A stretch of 64,000 bases of DNA from NCBI GenBank assembly GCA_033977065.1, contig JAXCHI010000004.1, positions 416,001 to 480,000 on the forward strand, written 5' to 3'. This DNA comes from Candidatus Algichlamydia australiensis. GTDB lineage: Bacteria > Chlamydiota > Chlamydiia > Chlamydiales > JAJFMI01. Below the pieces are notes generated by a model. It worked only from the letters and a program-made list of their open reading frames with translations. It did no database searches and was not told the DNA's origin. Position numbers and translations under genes: made by a program. Below are positions 38,061-46,811 of this stretch, piece by piece (positions within the stretch are counted from its first letter, which is position 1; each line of letters opens with the position of its first letter).

Positions 38061-39293
38061 CTAGAAAGATGCAGATGAGTTCTGAAATTGGTCGCGAACT
38101 CCATCAAAATATGGATGCTCTAGTGCTTGTTTTAGACCAATGCGATCCTCTTCTGAATAAGCGGTTAGCTTCTCAAAAAGATCTTGTGCATTTTTGTCTT
38201 TAATCGGTGTGAATTCAGGGGTTTGGCTAGGACCGATTTTTTTGTTACACATTTCACTGCTTAATAATAACAGATCAAAGTCATCTGAGGCTGGATATGA
38301 GAAATAACCCGTTAATAAACTATAGAGAATCTGCCCAATGGAAAAAATATCTCTTTTTGAGCTGTATTCGGAATTAGTATTAAAGATTAATTTAGGCGGC
38401 ATATAAAGCTTTGTACCAACAAAAGATCTTCTTTTTTTATTTTTTTCTATTTTACCTGAGGCTCCAAAATCAATAATTTTGATATCTCCATTTGGTAAAA
38501 GCAGAACATTATCCAACTTCAAATCGCAATGCATCACTCCCTTTTCATGCATAGCAATAGTGGCTAAAATGATCTGATAAACAATTTTAGGTACAGACTC
38601 TTTTGAGATGAGTCCTTCTGCTAGTGAATTCATTAAATCTTTAGTTTCTGAATGGTATTCGGAAAGGGCGCCTAATAACTCGAAAGTATTCTTTCCAAGC
38701 AAAGAGGGATCTTCATAAAATTTTTCAATTTTCTCTGCATCAATAACACAAACGTTACCATTTTGATCTCTTGCGATGGCAATATACGCTTTATTTACAT
38801 AATTGCCATATTGCAATAGCGAATTCCACTCCCTCTCAATTCGCTTTTTACTCAGTTTATAAGAGCTTGTATTTCGCTCACTTACTAAGTCTTTATAGGC
38901 GTAATACTTAACGCCATTTTCTGTATTGTAACTACATTTTAAGACATTAGATTCACCACCATCACCTAACTTTTCGTATGTCTGAAAGCGAGAAAAGAAC
39001 TCTTTTAGATTGCGATGAGTATAGATGGAAAACGGAGGTCTAGAGGAGTAGCGAATTCCTAAAAATTCATTAAACTGAAAAAGACTGTTACTAAGTCGAT
39101 TTACTCTTGCCTGCGGGCCTTTTTTACAAAGTTTTTCTGCGTTTATTCTAATTTGTAGTGCTTCTTTTGGCGATTCTCTTAAAAAATCAAGTACGCTTCG
39201 ATCGCTAAATATATCTTGAAGCGTTTCTGTCTCTAAGATTTTTCCATCGTGAATTGCAGCTAATTGAATAAATGGATTTACTTGATTTATCAT
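38061..39293 (-). CDS. Eukaryotic-type Ser/Thr protein kinase
   Basis: LGDGGESNV, YAYK, HCDLKLDN, DFG, GTKLY, DIFSIG, ALEHPYF. Confidence 0.9.
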   Translation of the reverse strand: MINQVNPFIQLAAIHDGKILETETLQDIFSDRSVLDFLRESPKEALQIRINAEKLCKKGPQARVNRLSNSLFQFNEFLGIRYSSRPPFSIYTHRNLKEFFSRFQTYEKLGDGGESNVLKCSYNTENGVKYYAYKDLVSERNTSSYKLSKKRIEREWNSLLQYGNYVNKAYIAIARDQNGNVCVIDAEKIEKFYEDPSLLGKNTFELLGALSEYHSETKDLMNSLAEGLISKESVPKIVYQIILATIAMHEKGVMHCDLKLDNVLLLPNGDIKIIDFGASGKIEKNKKRRSFVGTKLYMPPKLIFNTNSEYSSKRDIFSIGQILYSLLTGYFSYPASDDFDLLLLSSEMCNKKIGPSQTPEFTPIKDKNAQDLFEKLTAYSEEDRIGLKQALEHPYFDGVRDQFQNSSASF

Positions 39294-39319
39294 AAATTAG
39301 TTTGGTTTATGGACTTAAA

Positions 39320-39433
39320 TAGCAATTTGTAACAGAAAATTTTGCTACTCTTTTTAGCGTCAAAGCTCTCGCGCTTGTGCTATCACAAGAGTTTTGACGT
39401 AAAAAACTAAAATTTTTTGTTACAAAGCACTAA
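39320..39433 (-). mobile_element. Degenerate short family B variant (~110 bp)
   Basis: TGTAACAGAAAATTTTGCTA...TTTTGTTACA; same orientation as B2; lacks the central ~50 bp. Confidence 0.85.
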
Positions 39434-39550
39434 GGAGGTCTATAGCTTTGGTTTTTGTTATGAGTTGGATAATCATGTTTAGTGATTTGTATAAGATTAA
39501 CATCCTATGAAAAATTCTTAAAGTTGTCGAGTGGGAATTTTTAAATAGAG

Positions 39551-39937
39551 CTATTCTTCAAGGTTCTCTTCAAAAATTTTAAGAAACTGATCTTCAAATT
39601 GGTGGCCATAGCGATGAAAGTCTTCCATAAGATGGGAGAGGTCGGAGTTTTCAGGCTCTTGGTGCTTAAGACTAAGGGCTGCATCAAAGAGAGTAAGATT
39701 AGAAGCGAAAGGAGCCCCCCAGGGTGTCGAGATGAAGTGGTGAATGAGCTCGCCATCCTCTTCATTGTAGGATGAGTCGCTTTCAAGGGTCATAATGTCG
39801 TTTGCGAGAGTTCCTAAGAATTCGGGATCATGTGCAAGCTCCTCATGAGCTGCGAGATTCTCCCAATCTTCTCGAACTTTTTTTAAATCTTCTTTAAGTT
39901 TTTGATTAGTAGTGGTTTTCTTTTTTTTCTTCGACAT
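39551..39937 (-). CDS. Hypothetical acidic protein
   Basis: 128-aa ORF downstream of adk with GAGG RBS. Confidence 0.65.
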   Translation of the reverse strand: MSKKKKKTTTNQKLKEDLKKVREDWENLAAHEELAHDPEFLGTLANDIMTLESDSSYNEEDGELIHHFISTPWGAPFASNLTLFDAALSLKHQEPENSDLSHLMEDFHRYGHQFEDQFLKIFEENLEE

Positions 39938-39973
39938 TCTAATTAACCCTCAAAACTAATTTTATAGGATTAA

Positions 39974-40642
39974 TTAATTATTTGAAGAGATTAATTTTAC
40001 TAAATTTGTAAATACTTCCTCTTTAGAGGTTTCGCATGACAAAGTTTGTAATTGTCCCAACTTTTTGAAAAATTCTAAAAGGGGGATTGTCAGTTCTTGG
40101 TAGACATTAAGGCGGTTAAGGGCGACCTCTTCTGAATCATCTTCCCTAGTGTAGAGCTCACTCCCGCAGATATCGCAAACTCCTTCAATTTGAGGCGGAG
40201 CGAAGCTCTTATGGTAGGAGGTGCCACAATTCTTGCAAAGAATTCGACCCAAAATTCGCTTTAAGAGGGTCTCTTTTGAGACATCAAAGTAGATGGCGCG
40301 AATTTCGGCATCATTGCCAAGGCGCTTTTGTAGAATCTCGCCCTGAGAGAGCGTGCGCGGAAAGCCATCTAGAATAAATCCGTGAGAACAATCGGGCTCG
40401 CTCACTCTTTCAAATAAAATATCTACAACAAGGGAGTCAGGGCCGAGTTCTCCTCGATCTATATACTCTTTTGCTTTCAGTCCGAGTGGTGTGCCCTGTT
40501 TAATATTTTCTCTGAGAATATCGCCTGTTGAGATGTGAGGGATTTTGAATTTTTTCTTTATTAGAGCTGCTTGGGAACCCTTCCCACAGCCAGGCGCTCC
40601 AAGTAAAATTAGAATTTGTTTTTTAGTGATTACAGAGGTCAT
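39974..40642 (-). CDS. adk: Adenylate kinase
   Basis: GAPGCGKGSQ, HISTGDILR, GFILDGFPR, Zn-LID CxxC...CxxC, REDD. Confidence 0.97.
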   Translation of the reverse strand: MTSVITKKQILILLGAPGCGKGSQAALIKKKFKIPHISTGDILRENIKQGTPLGLKAKEYIDRGELGPDSLVVDILFERVSEPDCSHGFILDGFPRTLSQGEILQKRLGNDAEIRAIYFDVSKETLLKRILGRILCKNCGTSYHKSFAPPQIEGVCDICGSELYTREDDSEEVALNRLNVYQELTIPLLEFFKKLGQLQTLSCETSKEEVFTNLVKLISSNN

Positions 40643-41598
40643 AATCGACTAATTTTAAAGGAAAAAACGGGAGAAGTCAAATTTCGACTTCGGCTGCTCC
40701 ACTCTGTAAAAGTTGTAGTAAAATTATCACTGTTCTCTCTTACATATGTATAGAATTGTTTTAAAAAAATGGCGCGGTTGAGTTGGTGTTGGTACTTCCA
40801 TTTTGATGGGCTACAGATGTTTATTAGGTTGATTCCACCAAGATGCTGTTGCCGTGTAATAATTTCTTCAAAAGAGACGTTATTTGCGTTTTTCATCATG
40901 TCATAGAGACAGAGAAAGGTCGTCGCACGCCCGACACCTGATGAGCAGTGAAAGTGCAGGTGGCTCTTTTCTGGGAGGCCTTTTGTAAATGCAATAAAGC
41001 GATCGACCATCTCGTTGGATGGACGGATATGATCTGTAACAGGAATTCGAAAATAGCCGAGATTCAGTTCATGGCAGAGCTGCTCTTCACTGCAAACATA
41101 GTGAATGGCTGTTGGCAGCTTGAGCATAGTAATGTAATTTTTTCCTGTATCTTTTTCTAATATTTTGTGGAGATTGAGTTTTTTTTGTAATCGAGTGCTG
41201 CTAAGGCGCTATTGTTCATCGCGTATAACATCGTGAATACTTAACCCCTGATTGATCCAATTTTTCGCTACGTACCAGCTTACGGCGTAATTGTTAATAA
41301 AACCGTGAGACTCTTGGCGCAGGTCGATAATGACTAGGTGCTCGTTAGAAAACTCTGTTTTGATTGCGCGCAGCTCTTCAATCGAGAATTGAGAACTTGC
41401 CGAAGCGTGCATCTCGCTTAAGCCCTCATTTGAAATCGCAGATAGGCTCGGGTCAAAAAAAGAGAGAGGTGCTACATTGCGAAATCGGTTAGGAAGAGTA
41501 GATGAAGTCGTTAAAGAGTTAATAATTAGTAGCGGTTCAGCTGGGAAGAGAGGAAGAGAAAAAACAATAGATAACACCAAAAGCGCTAATTTACCCAT
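40639..41598 (-). pseudogene. Secreted PTP-like phytase interrupted by one in-frame TAG
   Basis: Signal peptide, IDLRQESHG, HFHCSSGVGRATT; both ORFs are in one frame separated only by TAG at 41209-41211. Confidence 0.88.
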
Positions 41599-41622
41599 AG
41601 TTTGGACACTACTTAGGAAATC

Positions 41623-42039
41623 TTATTTTTGCAAGCGCTTCTCAGGCACCACAAAGAGGGCGAGGATATAAACAATAATTGCAGGGAAAAATCCCGTAAA
41701 AATTCCAATGACTACTGTTGCTAAACGAATGATGTTGGCATCGATCCCAAAATACTCTGCAAAACCTGCGCAAACGCCCCCGATCATCCGATTTTTCTTT
41801 GAGCGGTAGAGCTTTTTACATTTGGGGGCAACATAGGCTTTTGGGCCTTCAGGAATCAACCACCAAGCGAGTAGATAGAGCAGGAGCATAATTCCAAAGG
41901 TAGGAAAGAGCAAAATAAGAAAGGCGATGCGAACAAGTGTGGGATCAATTTTTAAGTAGTGACCAAGCCCACCACAAACTCCCGCAATTTTACGATCCCA
42001 ACGACAACGAAAAAGCTTCATACTCCTAGAATATCCCAT
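41623..42039 (-). CDS. pspC: Tandem PspC-domain protein
   Basis: Two L.R....R.I.GVC.G..YF/L.ID...R repeats. Confidence 0.88.
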   Translation of the reverse strand: MGYSRSMKLFRCRWDRKIAGVCGGLGHYLKIDPTLVRIAFLILLFPTFGIMLLLYLLAWWLIPEGPKAYVAPKCKKLYRSKKNRMIGGVCAGFAEYFGIDANIIRLATVVIGIFTGFFPAIIVYILALFVVPEKRLQK

Positions 42040-42818
42040 GGAATGGGAGAAGTAAAGAAGATCTCTTTGCCTTTTCTAGGATGAAAAAACCTAAGGCGTT
42101 CAGCATGAAGCGCTAACCGTTTTAAAGGGTTGCATATCGATCCATATTTACGATCGCCTACGATAGGGTGTCCCTTTTCGCTTAAGTGAACGCGAATTTG
42201 ATTTTTGCGTCCTGTTTCAAGTTTTACACGAAGGTAACTCAAATTTTTGCTCTCTTTGAGTACTTCATAGTGCGTAATGGCAAGTTTTCCATTTTTACCA
42301 CTGCGAACAAAAAAATTCGTGTCTTCACTTAAGTAACTTTTGATTTTACCCTTTTTTTCTTTCAGGTGCCCTTCTACAACAGCGTAGTAAATTCTCTCTG
42401 GTGCATGAGCAGCGAACTGCTCTTTTAGCTCCTCTTTTGTCTTCTCATTGCAAGCAAAGACAAGAATTCCGGAGGTATCGCGATCGAGGCGGTGAACGGG
42501 GAAAATGCGTCGAGTAGGGTAGTGACGCTTTAAAATCGAGTGGACACTTGGATTCAATCCTTTTGTATCATCAACAGAGAGAAGACCTATCGGTTTGTCG
42601 ACAACAACAAGATCTTGATCAGAAAAAAGAATTTTTAAATTATGGTCGAGGTAGGTTGCGCGGGGGAGTAGATCAATTTTTTCCTTTTTATCAACTGGAG
42701 TAGAGGGGTTTTTTACTATATGCCCTGCAACAACTACGCGTCCAGCTTGAATCATCGAGCGGAGTGTACTTTTTGAGCTGTCTGGAAACTCTTTTTCTAA
42801 GGCTACTAGTATATTCAT
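42018..42818 (-). CDS. RluA-family pseudouridine synthase
   Basis: VDKPIGL, VHRLDRDTSG, ETGRKNQIRVH, GDRKY, LALHA; start approximate. Confidence 0.92.
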   Translation of the reverse strand: MNILVALEKEFPDSSKSTLRSMIQAGRVVVAGHIVKNPSTPVDKKEKIDLLPRATYLDHNLKILFSDQDLVVVDKPIGLLSVDDTKGLNPSVHSILKRHYPTRRIFPVHRLDRDTSGILVFACNEKTKEELKEQFAAHAPERIYYAVVEGHLKEKKGKIKSYLSEDTNFFVRSGKNGKLAITHYEVLKESKNLSYLRVKLETGRKNQIRVHLSEKGHPIVGDRKYGSICNPLKRLALHAERLRFFHPRKGKEIFFTSPIPWDILGV

Positions 42819-42830
42819 ATGTAACATTAT

Positions 42831-42862
42831 AATTGACAAATCATTAAAATTCCATTAAATTC
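42831..42862 (+). promoter_or_regulatory. Sigma70-type promoter TTGACA-N17-TAAATT, copy 1
   Basis: TTGACA at 42833, TAAATT at 42856; 30/32 identical to 43347-43378. Confidence 0.6.
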
Positions 42863-42870
42863 CAATAAAC

Positions 42871-43254
42871 ATTAAATAAATTTCTTTATTTATTCTCGTG
42901 CTCTCCTTTGCTTTATTGGGAGAAGAATATGCATTTAAAGGGAAACACTTCATTGCTAGCTATTACGGGTGTAAACTAAAACCTCTGTGCGATCTTGAAA
43001 GGCTCAAAAAAACATTATTAGAAGCGTCAAATGAATCAGGTGCTTCTGTCTTGAATCATATTGATCATCAATTTGAACCGAATGGATTAACCATGGTGAT
43101 ACTCCTTTCTGAAAGTCACGCCTCAATCCACACCTATCCAGAGCATAGAGCTTGTTTTATCGGTCTTTTTACCTTTTGGGATAAGTATTCAGCGGATTGA
43201 TTTGATCAGCATTTGCAAAGATATTTCAAGCCTGAAGATGTTAATAAAAGCTAA
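42871..43254 (+). pseudogene. speD: Degraded S-adenosylmethionine decarboxylase (SpeD/SpeH type)
   Basis: GKHF, LSESHASIHTYPE; expected DxFTCG reads GLFTFW; TGA at 43198 followed in frame by FDQHLQRYFKP; 5' leader has a stop and no ATG. Confidence 0.75.
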
Positions 43255-43310
43255 CTGAGCGATTATGAAAACTCAAGGTCTTTCTTATAGATCAAAGTGA
43301 ATCGTAAAAA

Positions 43311-43346
43311 AAATCGACCGAATTTTTATTCGGAGGTACTTTCTAA
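43311..43346 (-). mobile_element. Degenerate solo end of family E
   Basis: Reverse complement TTAGAAAGTACCTCCGAATAAAAATTCGGTCGATTT resembles TTAGAGAGTGTCTTCGAATTAAATTCAGTCGATTT. Confidence 0.5.
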
Positions 43347-43378
43347 AATTGACAAATCGCTAAAATTCCATTAAATTC
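43347..43378 (+). promoter_or_regulatory. Sigma70-type promoter TTGACA-N17-TAAATT, copy 2
   Basis: Duplicate of 42831-42862, 30 bp upstream of ATG 43409. Confidence 0.6.
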
Positions 43379-43408
43379 TCTTTTTTAGATTTTAAGTGGG
43401 ATTATATC

Positions 43409-45130
43409 ATGTCTACAATTGGCTTCACACCTCAACAAGTTGTCGACCAAAATTTTTACGGTACATGTCCTAAAGTCGATATTTTTGATCTTGCCAAACG
43501 TCTTGATTTTTTTGCGTACTTCTCTTTTTCTAACTTTAGTCAAGAGGAAGTCAATGAAAAATCAGTACGGGGGCTAACTCCTTTACATGTTGCGGTAATT
43601 ACAGAAAATTTTCCAGCTGTTGGGGAACTCCTGAAAAGAGGTGCTGACCCTACAGCCCAAGATAATGAGGGGTGGACCCCAAAACACCATGCAGCACTAA
43701 TTGAAGATTCAGCTATTCTTAATCTACTTCTTCCCAAAGGGGGAAATGAGGTCAAAAATAAAAATGGGGGCACGTGGAAAGATTTAAGAGAGCTTGCTTT
43801 TCCCGAAAATCAAGAGCCACCAGAAGATCAGAACGTTTTTTACTATGAGTTAGAAGGGAGAGTTGTACCGGGGACAGCAAAAAAATTTCAAGAGCTTACA
43901 GGGGCTAAGTTTGCTCACCAAATGCTTGCGAATCCTGGCTTTTTTAACCATCAGTGGAGGCAGGTGAAGGAAGAGCACTCTCTTTCAAATTTATGCCTAA
44001 AAATTCATGACAGAACCCACCCGGTGGTACTTGAAAAGTATAAAAAATTTATGCAAAAACCTCCAAACCTCTACTTAAAAAAAACCCGTGCAGGATATGG
44101 GGTTTTTGCAAACGAAGAGATTCCTTCTGGATCCATCGCTCTTACTTATTTTGGGAGAGCTCTGATCGAGGAAAATAGTTCTGATTATCGGATGGACCTA
44201 TGCGATGGAAAGGAAGAAGGTAATTTAGGTACAAGAGTCAATGATGGTCAACCAAATGTCACGCCTTTATTTTTAAAAAATTTCGCAGGTTTACCTAGTC
44301 TTCGTCTCTTTTACACAATAAAAAAAATCTTTCCTGGTGAGCAACTACTTTTTAGTTACGGTGAAGGTCACACAGTTAAATATGAAAGGTACATCAATAT
44401 TGCGGGAATAAAAGCAGCGATTAAAGAGTACAGGGACGAATCTTTAAAGGAAAAAATTTCTCTCTATAAAAAATTTTATGACGAGAGGAATGAAATTGAG
44501 CTTCAAGGACAGATGGCGACTCTTGACTACCTTTTTTCATCTCCATTATTGCAACTAAAACTTCTTCTTAAGGGGGTTCTAACAATCAATGTTTTAAAGA
44601 GTGCAGAAAAAGAAATAAAGTGTATCAGCTACGAGGATGCTGTTAGGCTTTCTTCAAGTATTGCAAAAAATGTTTCGAAGGCTTGTGCTATGGCTCCTGA
44701 CCCACAAGCTGCAAAGAGCTCTTTCACTTCTTTTTTTGAAGATCTTTCAGTAGAACTGCCGCAAAACTTTGCGCTTGGATGCTTTGACAAGATTGTTAGG
44801 AATCATTTAAAGATACTAAATATTCCTGGAATCCCTTTTAATCAAATGTGTTTCAGTAAAATGATGTTGCGCAGTTTTTGTGAAGAGGTTATTCACGATT
44901 TCATAAGAGAAAAATTCACTCCGAAGGAAGAAGAAAAGTTAATCTCTTCCGAATACGCCTTAAGAAGAGCTGCTTTTCAAGGAGACCTTTATTCAGTCAC
45001 TTTTTTAATTGAGAAAGGGCATGTAGAAAACCCGTATTCTAAAGATCCTAAATCTGGAAAAACTGCTCTTGATTTAGCAATAAAGAAGGGACATACAAAG
45101 ATTATAGAGTACTTGAGGGGGGGGGGGTAA
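43409..45130 (+). CDS. Ankyrin-SET-ankyrin protein (candidate lysine methyltransferase effector)
   Basis: GLTPLHVA and GWTPKHHA ankyrins; SET motifs AGYGVFA, RVNDG, GEQLLFSYG; C-terminal GKTALDLA ankyrin. Confidence 0.85.
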   Translation: MSTIGFTPQQVVDQNFYGTCPKVDIFDLAKRLDFFAYFSFSNFSQEEVNEKSVRGLTPLHVAVITENFPAVGELLKRGADPTAQDNEGWTPKHHAALIEDSAILNLLLPKGGNEVKNKNGGTWKDLRELAFPENQEPPEDQNVFYYELEGRVVPGTAKKFQELTGAKFAHQMLANPGFFNHQWRQVKEEHSLSNLCLKIHDRTHPVVLEKYKKFMQKPPNLYLKKTRAGYGVFANEEIPSGSIALTYFGRALIEENSSDYRMDLCDGKEEGNLGTRVNDGQPNVTPLFLKNFAGLPSLRLFYTIKKIFPGEQLLFSYGEGHTVKYERYINIAGIKAAIKEYRDESLKEKISLYKKFYDERNEIELQGQMATLDYLFSSPLLQLKLLLKGVLTINVLKSAEKEIKCISYEDAVRLSSSIAKNVSKACAMAPDPQAAKSSFTSFFEDLSVELPQNFALGCFDKIVRNHLKILNIPGIPFNQMCFSKMMLRSFCEEVIHDFIREKFTPKEEEKLISSEYALRRAAFQGDLYSVTFLIEKGHVENPYSKDPKSGKTALDLAIKKGHTKIIEYLRGGG

Positions 45131-45149
45131 GAAATGACAGGAGAGCTTA

Positions 45150-45185
45150 GAGAGTGTCTCCAAATTAAAATTGAGTCGATCTTTT
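45150..45185 (+). mobile_element. Solo end of family E
   Basis: TTA followed by GAGAGTGTCTCCAAATTAAAATTGAGTCGAT. Confidence 0.6.
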
Positions 45186-45298
45186 GATTCTTATGAGCCG
45201 CCTTGCATGCGCACACTTGGAAATCTTACCTTCTTGTATGAAAAGCTTTGGTTGCAGATTAAATTTTTTTTTGCAAATCTGCAGAAAAAGGTTTATCT

Positions 45299-45763
45299 AT
45301 GGCAAAGCGGATTAAATTTGTGACATCTCTTTCAAACTTAGGTTATGTAGTAGGATGTATTATTCTCTACCTCATAGCCCTACTGATCATTACAAGTTCA
45401 TGCGTCACAATTTTCCAAGATGTCTTTTCTCCTGAATTTAGTGTTTACACAATCCTTGATGAAGTGGGACTTATTGTTTTCTCAATTGCGGTAATTGATG
45501 TAGGCAAATATTTAATGTTGGAAGAAGTGATCTCACGTTCAAGAGAGAAAAACGATCCTAGTGAAATGCGGCGTACGCTGACAAAACTTGCTGTAATTAT
45601 TGCAACAGCTCTCTCTTTGGAGGGGCTAGTTCTTACGATTGAAGTGGCAAAAACCAATATTCAAAATATTTTTTATCCAGTTGCAGTGCTCTTAACCGCA
45701 ACACTTTTTATTGTAGGGCTAGGGGTCTATCAGAAACTGAATGCTAGTTCAGAGAGGGAGTGA
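45299..45763 (+). CDS. Four-TM hypothetical membrane protein
   Basis: Four hydrophobic segments. Confidence 0.75.
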   Translation: MAKRIKFVTSLSNLGYVVGCIILYLIALLIITSSCVTIFQDVFSPEFSVYTILDEVGLIVFSIAVIDVGKYLMLEEVISRSREKNDPSEMRRTLTKLAVIIATALSLEGLVLTIEVAKTNIQNIFYPVAVLLTATLFIVGLGVYQKLNASSERE

Positions 45764-46766
45764 TCTCTTCTTCTACTTCTGCAAGAGCAGCACTAATTTG
45801 ATCGGTATCGGTATTAAAGGAATTGATAAACGCAGAGATTTTCTCCTGCATATGATCTCGCTTTGCAATCGGATAACTCACCTCTATTTTGTAGAGAATG
45901 CGATCGCGTACAAGCAAGCGTCCTTTGATCTCGCGATCACCAGCTTGGTGCATTGTGAAGTTTAAGCCAGAGAGGTTTTGGTATTTAACAGTTTTTTTTG
46001 AAACAATTTCTGTATGAGGGAGGTGCGCGGCAATCGCTTTAATCGCTCCCTTTAAAAGAAGACCATTTCCCCATTGTAGCCAGCTATTAGGCAATTTAGA
46101 ATAGCTTACCGAGTAAGTAAAATCCCCCTCTTCGTGGATGTACTCAGAGTAATCAAGAGGTTTTTTACCAGGAATCGGAAGAGGTCTCTGTGAAAATTTA
46201 GGATTTTTAGGGAAATCAACAGCGAATGAACCATCAGTATGAGTCAAATGGTACCAATCTTTATTGCCTCCGAACATGGACATGACTGTTTTGGGATTTT
46301 CAAAAAGCTGCTCTTCAAAGAGCCAACCAGTAAAGCAAGTCATCAACAGAACTGTGCCAATAACAACTCTTCGGCTCTTTGGAATGATTTGAATTTCATG
46401 GATACGATCAAATTGACTCTCTGATTTTTTTGCGAGAAAAAGGATGGGGTAGAGCAGGTTAACAGGAGAGAAGATTTTGATTCCTAAAAGGAGCGAGCGC
46501 TTTAGTGCAGTTTTCCACGAGAGCCTTTTTCCTTCTTTATTTGCGACTTCTACTCCAAAAAGCTTATATCCAAGCGTAGCCCCAAATGCTTTAAGCATAA
46601 CTGCTTCTACAGGAATAAAGAAGAGAGGAAGAAGCAGAGAAAAGAGGATGGCACCAAATGCGCTTAAAGGAATTCCTATTACTTTAAAGAAAAAAGTAAC
46701 TGTAAAGTAAAAAATAAAATAATCTAAGGTACGGCCGGCTAAGCGGGATAGTGCTTTAATTTTCAT
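45744..46766 (-). CDS. RDD-family membrane protein with soluble C-terminal domain
   Basis: RLAGRTLDY, GATLGYKLFGVEV, ALKRS. Confidence 0.8.
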   Translation of the reverse strand: MKIKALSRLAGRTLDYFIFYFTVTFFFKVIGIPLSAFGAILFSLLLPLFFIPVEAVMLKAFGATLGYKLFGVEVANKEGKRLSWKTALKRSLLLGIKIFSPVNLLYPILFLAKKSESQFDRIHEIQIIPKSRRVVIGTVLLMTCFTGWLFEEQLFENPKTVMSMFGGNKDWYHLTHTDGSFAVDFPKNPKFSQRPLPIPGKKPLDYSEYIHEEGDFTYSVSYSKLPNSWLQWGNGLLLKGAIKAIAAHLPHTEIVSKKTVKYQNLSGLNFTMHQAGDREIKGRLLVRDRILYKIEVSYPIAKRDHMQEKISAFINSFNTDTDQISAALAEVEEEITPSLN

Positions 46767-46811
46767 GCGAATTAGTATAACTTAATTTTCTTTATTATTC
46801 AAATAAAACTA

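Noticed and set aside
37326..38064. CRISPR array or integron cassette array
   Set aside because: Repeats are inverted element ends around recurring interiors, not direct repeats with unique spacers; no cas or integrase gene in the window.
41209..43200. Stop-codon reassignment explaining the in-frame TAG and TGA
   Set aside because: Both codons terminate many intact genes here, and speD has further lesions.
43311..45185. E-bounded composite transposon carrying the SET gene
   Set aside because: Both solo ends have their outer termini facing the gene, so it lies outside them.
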